Part shown: positions 63,304 through 64,000 of the stretch, piece after piece
Layout: every line of letters starts with the position of its first letter
Numbering within the stretch: the stretch's first letter is position 1
IMG/VR virus record: IMGVR_UViG_3300047163_000032
Location: 32,877 to 96,876 of that record
Length of the DNA: 64,000 bases
Reading direction: 5' to 3' (one strand)
Source of the DNA: a virus
Lineage: Duplodnaviria > Heunggongvirae > Uroviricota > Caudoviricetes
The notes under the pieces: generated by a model
What the model was told of the DNA's origin: nothing
What the model saw: the letters and a program-made list of their open reading frames with translations, nothing else
Database searches by the model: none
Program-made: the position numbers and the translations under genes

Positions 63304-64000
63304 ATGGGAATAACCCCAATACATCAATGGACAAACGCGGACGGTGAAGTATTGGTCGTTCGGTTTTCGGATAAGGATGGAACATCGTCAAGCAAGCGCC
63401 TCGTTAACGGCAAGCAAGTATATGCTGAACCATTTCAACACCCAAATACTGTCGGAGAGACTGTCACCGCCCCCGATTGGAACGACCAAGCTGTTTGCGG
63501 CGGGGGAATTCACGGCTGGGCTTGGGCTATGCCGTTGGGTAAAGGCAAAGACCTTAATTGGTCTGCGCTTTGGCAGGTATACGGGGTTCGGCCAGCGGAC
63601 ATTGTTTTGATTGAAGGCAAAGTAAAGTTTCGCACTGGAGTTCTTCGCCACTTGGGAACGTGGGACAGTGCAACCAATTTTGTTTTATCTGGACAAATGG
63701 CATGGGTTCATCACGCGGCGAGTGGAGCCGCCAGCGCGACAGGGTGGAGAGGAGCCGCCAGCGCGACAGGGGAGAGTGGAGCCGCCAGCGCGACAGGGGA
63801 GAGTGGAGCCGCCAGCGCGACAGGGTGGAGTGGAGCCGCCAGCGCGACAGGGGAGAGTGGAGCCGCCAGCGCGACAGGGTGGAGTGGAGCCGCCAGCGCG
63901 ACAGGGTGGAGAGGAGCCGCCAGCGCGACAGGGTGGAGAGGAGCCGCCAGCGCGACAGGGGAGAGTGGAGCCGCCAGCGCGACAGGGGAGAGTGGAGCCG
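63304..64000 (+). CDS. hypothetical protein with N-terminal ~140-aa domain followed by tandem 9-aa repeats GAASATG[W/E][S/R]; 3' end beyond window
   Basis: Open frame from ATG 63304 with no stop to window end (not in ORF track because unterminated); translated manually. Confidence 0.5.
   Translation, partial: MGITPIHQWTNADGEVLVVRFSDKDGTSSSKRLVNGKQVYAEPFQHPNTVGETVTAPDWNDQAVCGGGIHGWAWAMPLGKGKDLNWSALWQVYGVRPADIVLIEGKVKFRTGVLRHLGTWDSATNFVLSGQMAWVHHAASGAASATGWRGAASATGESGAASATGESGAASATGWSGAASATGESGAASATGWSGAASATGWRGAASATGWRGAASATGESGAASATGESGA
63724..64000 (+). repeat. 27-bp tandem repeat array (at least 10 copies, two sequence variants) within coding frame
   Basis: ggagccgccagcgcgacagggtggaga / ggagccgccagcgcgacaggggagagt alternating, directly abutting. 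Confidence 0.8.

Noticed and set aside
63724-64000. Possible CRISPR array because of perfectly repeated 27-bp units
   Set aside because: Repeats abut each other with no spacers, are in frame with an upstream ORF and encode a regular nonapeptide; this is a coding tandem repeat, not CRISPR.

Overview
This window is a mosaic phage or prophage segment of moderate-to-high GC. Almost every gene is on the + strand, and the order is consistent with a large tailed phage. Most coding calls use the supplied ORF track; starts were moved to an in-frame ATG/GTG with a visible RBS where noted. Many ORFs are left as hypothetical; product calls come from motif recognition only and their confidence reflects that.

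Layout:
- 1-4.7 kb: small Cys-rich ORFs, then peptide deformylase (HEIDH, GxGxAAxQ, EGCLS motifs) and a lambda-R-type lytic transglycosylase endolysin.
- 3.7-9.3 kb: a DNA-binding candidate small terminase, an HExxH metallopeptidase-like protein, the large terminase (RQLG Walker-A variant) and a portal.
- 10.5-15.8 kb: scaffold, major capsid and other head genes, followed by an intrinsic terminator.
- 15.8-24.4 kb: a 2873-aa fibre or tailspike with a cleavable-looking signal peptide and a pectate-lyase/beta-helix signature. Further structural genes include a 1081-aa protein.
- 35.2-46.1 kb: a 3626-aa giant protein combining SF2/SNF2 helicase motifs with an HExxH zincin motif, probably an injected polyvalent protein.
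- 46-50.8 kb: small Cys-rich or zinc-ribbon ORFs, a DNA-binding protein flanked by GTAGACA inverted and direct repeats, and an SPFH/band-7 membrane protein.
- 51.0-58.6 kb: a dense tRNA island of about 31 tRNA genes, by manual folding. Five HNH endonuclease genes and several tRNA-like fragments or structured RNAs are interspersed.
- 59.5-61.8 kb: a Ro60-like TROVE + vWA protein, preceded by a circularly permuted tRNA-mimic candidate Y RNA.
- 62.2-64.0 kb: two minus-strand HTH (AlpA/Xis-like) regulators facing a divergent promoter region, then a gene ending in 27-bp tandem repeats that runs off the window.

No integrase, CRISPR array or rRNA was found.

Most interesting observations:
- The Ro60 / Y-RNA-like module.
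- Four tRNAs whose anticodon does not match their structural class. Two short-variable-arm tRNAs carry Leu anticodons TAA and TAG; two long-variable-arm tRNAs carry GTT and TAT.
- The giant polyvalent protein.
- The GTAGACA operator or iteron arrangement.
- Promoter-terminator-bounded noncoding units inside the tRNA island.

All tRNA calls were folded by hand. Their coordinates may be off by a nucleotide or two, and they need tRNAscan-SE or ARAGORN confirmation.
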